This document shows, one piece after another, positions 61,648 to 64,000 of a DNA stretch of 64,000 bases. The translations under genes and the position numbers were made by a program. The notes under the pieces were generated by a model, which had not been told where the DNA came from, did not search any database, and was given only the letters and a program-made list of their open reading frames with translations. Source of the DNA: Eledone cirrhosa (taxonomy: Eukaryota); contig OZ024740.1 in the NCBI GenBank assembly GCA_964016885.1, forward strand, positions 41,726,001-41,790,000, given 5' to 3'. The stretch's first letter is position 1; every line of letters begins with the position of its first letter.

Positions 61648-61651
<4 letters not shown>
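61602..61651. repeat. Perfect 50-bp spacerless palindrome
   Basis: agaaaaagagatgaaatcgaaaatg|cattttcgatttcatctctttttct; all 25 pairs checked. Followed by (TA)n to ~61678. Confidence 0.97.
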
Positions 61652-61681
<30 letters not shown>

Positions 61682-62026
61682 TAACGAGGTTTTTTTATAT
61701 GAAATCGTGTGTCGAAACAGATATTGTTATACTTGGGGAGGGTCATATTTGCGTAATATTGCCAGAATTAATAACAGAACACACTCACTGTTTGGTTGGT
61801 TTTCGCTTCTCGCTGTCTTTTATATCTGCGATCTAACTTACTCGGTCCTCAATGTTGCCATTGACTGACCGACGGTCAAAAATAATACAGATACAATATA
61901 GACATAAACACATATATATAGTTTACATAATTTACATAAATCTTTCGTTGCACATCTGCAACACCGTCAGTGGTGTTATATTTTTTCCTCCTGTTGTGTT
62001 GTATGTCTACGCCATTTTTTAGAATA

Positions 62027-62070
62027 AACACACACAGACACACATACATATATATATAGATGTATATGTG

Positions 62071-62145
<75 letters not shown>
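62027..62145. repeat. (CA)n/(TA)n microsatellite
   Basis: Direct reading. Confidence 0.95.
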
Positions 62146-62146
<1 letters not shown>

Positions 62147-62403
62147 GAAGTTCTATTTAAATTGTTGGGATACAACAAGCAAATATTTTTATAACTGATA
62201 TAAAGCATTCAACAAATAATTGGAGTAAAAGTACGGAAGCTTCCAACAGTAATGGTCGCATTCTTTAAGGGTATGTCAATATTTATTTATAAAACTGGTC
62301 TATATTATATTTTATCTGATGAAAGCACACCATAATTTAACTTGAAATATGTATAATGAAATAAATATGGTTTTATAAATATAGTTTCCATTTGTTAATA
62401 TCG

Positions 62404-62404
<1 letters not shown>

Positions 62405-62442
<38 letters not shown>

Positions 62443-62458
62443 GTGTGTGTGTATATAT

Positions 62459-62517
<59 letters not shown>
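62405..62517. repeat. (TA)n/(TG)n microsatellite
   Basis: Direct reading. Confidence 0.95.
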
Positions 62518-62522
<5 letters not shown>

Positions 62523-62635
62523 ATCTTATTAGCAAAAGAGGAACATCTGGTGGTCTTCGAAATCAAAATAGTTATGTATCACATTGCACAATGTAAATCA
62601 TCCAGTGTTATCGAATATATATTCGGTTTCCACTC

Positions 62636-62740
62636 CCACCATAACCATTACACTTCTACCACCACCACAATCACCCCACCACTATTCCCACCACTACCAC
62701 TTTAACACTATGGCCACCACTACTACCACCATCATCACCG
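62636..62740. repeat. Degenerate (ACC/ACT/ATC)n trinucleotide tract
   Basis: Direct reading; explains the Thr/His/Pro-rich spurious ORFs here. Confidence 0.85.
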
Positions 62741-62809
62741 CCAAGGGACGAAGCATGAAAGACAATACAAAAATCTGGGCAGTGGGTGTTTACATGAAAT
62801 CGAATACAA

Positions 62810-64000
62810 AATGACAAAATAACAATAAACAATGCAATTATAACAACAAATACTCCCTAATGAGAGAATACCACCCAGGGACATCTTAGGAACCCCATCA
62901 ATCCTAAACCACTTTATTCTCCAAGAGCACCAGAGGAGGGCGCCCTCTCCTCTCCAAACTATCCAGCTTACCGGCGCATAGTCTGAGTAGGCCCATTCAG
63001 TCGAGCTATCTTCGCTACATTCTCCCACCTTTTAACAAATATTCTGAAGAGCAGCATTTCCCTCTCCACCCTCACCTTCCTTTACAAGAGGAACTTGAAA
63101 AAGTAGACGAGGGATTGGCAAAAAAAGAATGTCTGTCTGCAATCCTTTCAGCCTCGTCCACCACACAACCTCGTTCGCTACCGCCACTAGACAGAGGAAA
63201 GCTGCCTGCCTTTCTCGGTCAAAAGGAGGCAGTGGGATGATCTTTTACAATGGAAACGGTCGATAGCTTAACCCGCCACACACGATAATAGCTGTTTGAC
63301 AAAACTTCATGAGCCAATGCACGGACACTGCACGGACACTGGATGAGTGCGTGCAGACTGACCAATATCCACCAGATGTTTACTTCTAGTGAGATTCCTT
63401 AAATTTTCCCATTTGCCGCCCTTCTTCCGAGATAAGAGGGGTACAAGACAGAGAACCTCAGAGTATTTCAAGGCCTGAGCTTCGTTTTTAAAGAGCACTG
63501 AAATGTCCGCTTTGACCTCGCGATGTGTTGAACAGGGCAGTATCGGTAGAGGGTCGGGCTCCATGCTTTGAAGCATAGAGTTACCTCCCTTTATGATCTG
63601 AGTTCAAATCCCGCTGAGGTTAACATTGCCTTTCATCCTTACGGGGGTCGATAAAATAAAGTACCAGTAATGTACTGGGTAATTGCTGGCCTTGTGCCAA
63701 AAGTAGAAACAATTATTTCTTTCAGTGCTCTTTTGACTTCTGCTAGGTTTGTTGTCTGTGAACACGTATTTGTAATTGACTTTCCTTTTCTGCATTTCTG
63801 CCAACACAACAGGGAGATGGCTACGCCAGTCTAGGACTTTTCCAATGTTATCAGTTTGGCTGCCTGAGCGTCTTGAAACCGAACCAGAAAATGTATTGCT
63901 GTTGTTGATGATGTTGTTCATGTAGTCATTTGTGTTGTCGCTGTCGTCTGTGTTAGTGTTATTTTTGTATTTTGTTTCAGTTGTTGAAGTGGGAGTGGTG
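62810..64000 (-). mobile_element. Third Tx1/L1-like LINE copy: part of ORF1 fused to the ORF2 C-terminus and 3' UTR; runs off the right edge
   Basis: Minus-strand ISVLFKNEAQALKYS and LYPSYLGRR...VNIWWI match ORF1 ISVLMNNQSTAHKYS and FYPTYRGKR...VNIWWI. Directly after come HALIQC and AAFLCLVAVANEVVWWTR, matching ORF2 HAFVHC and AVFLCVIAMAKEVVWWTR. An N/T-rich ORF1-like segment lies at 63890-64000. Confidence 0.85.
63597..63717 (+). mobile_element. 5'-truncated tRNA-derived SINE nested antisense in the third LINE copy
   Basis: tctgagttcaaatcccgctgagg...ttgcctttcatccttacgggggtcgataaaataaag...ggccttgtg aligns with 51548-51678, with an internal deletion. Confidence 0.8.

Noticed and set aside
61612-62814. 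Short ORFs rich in IY, VC, T or H (also 54684-55548)
   Set aside because: Translations of microsatellites and low-complexity tracts.

Overview
Eukaryotic, gene-free, repeat-derived window, probably from an octopus or other cephalopod (inferred from my recognition of the SINE; not database-verified). Bases 1-~50,291 are one head-to-tail array of a 27-bp satellite, consensus GCATGACACACCTRTCCATAGACTGGT (~1,860 monomers, open at the left edge). I could see only one indel in it, plus nested multi-kb duplications and three degenerate monomers at its right edge. The huge ORFs in the track are translations of this monomer. Each monomer contains an imperfect dyad, and its two commonest polymorphisms are silent for both the minus-strand peptide and the minus-strand RNA hairpin. 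The last ~13.7 kb is decayed transposon sequence: three Tx1/L1-like LINE copies (one near full-length, one ORF2 fragment, one internally deleted ORF1-ORF2 fusion), two tRNA-derived SINE copies, a mariner remnant, a fold-back element holding a CRE-like endonuclease fragment, several short palindromes and microsatellites. No intact host gene, RNA gene or CRISPR array is supported.
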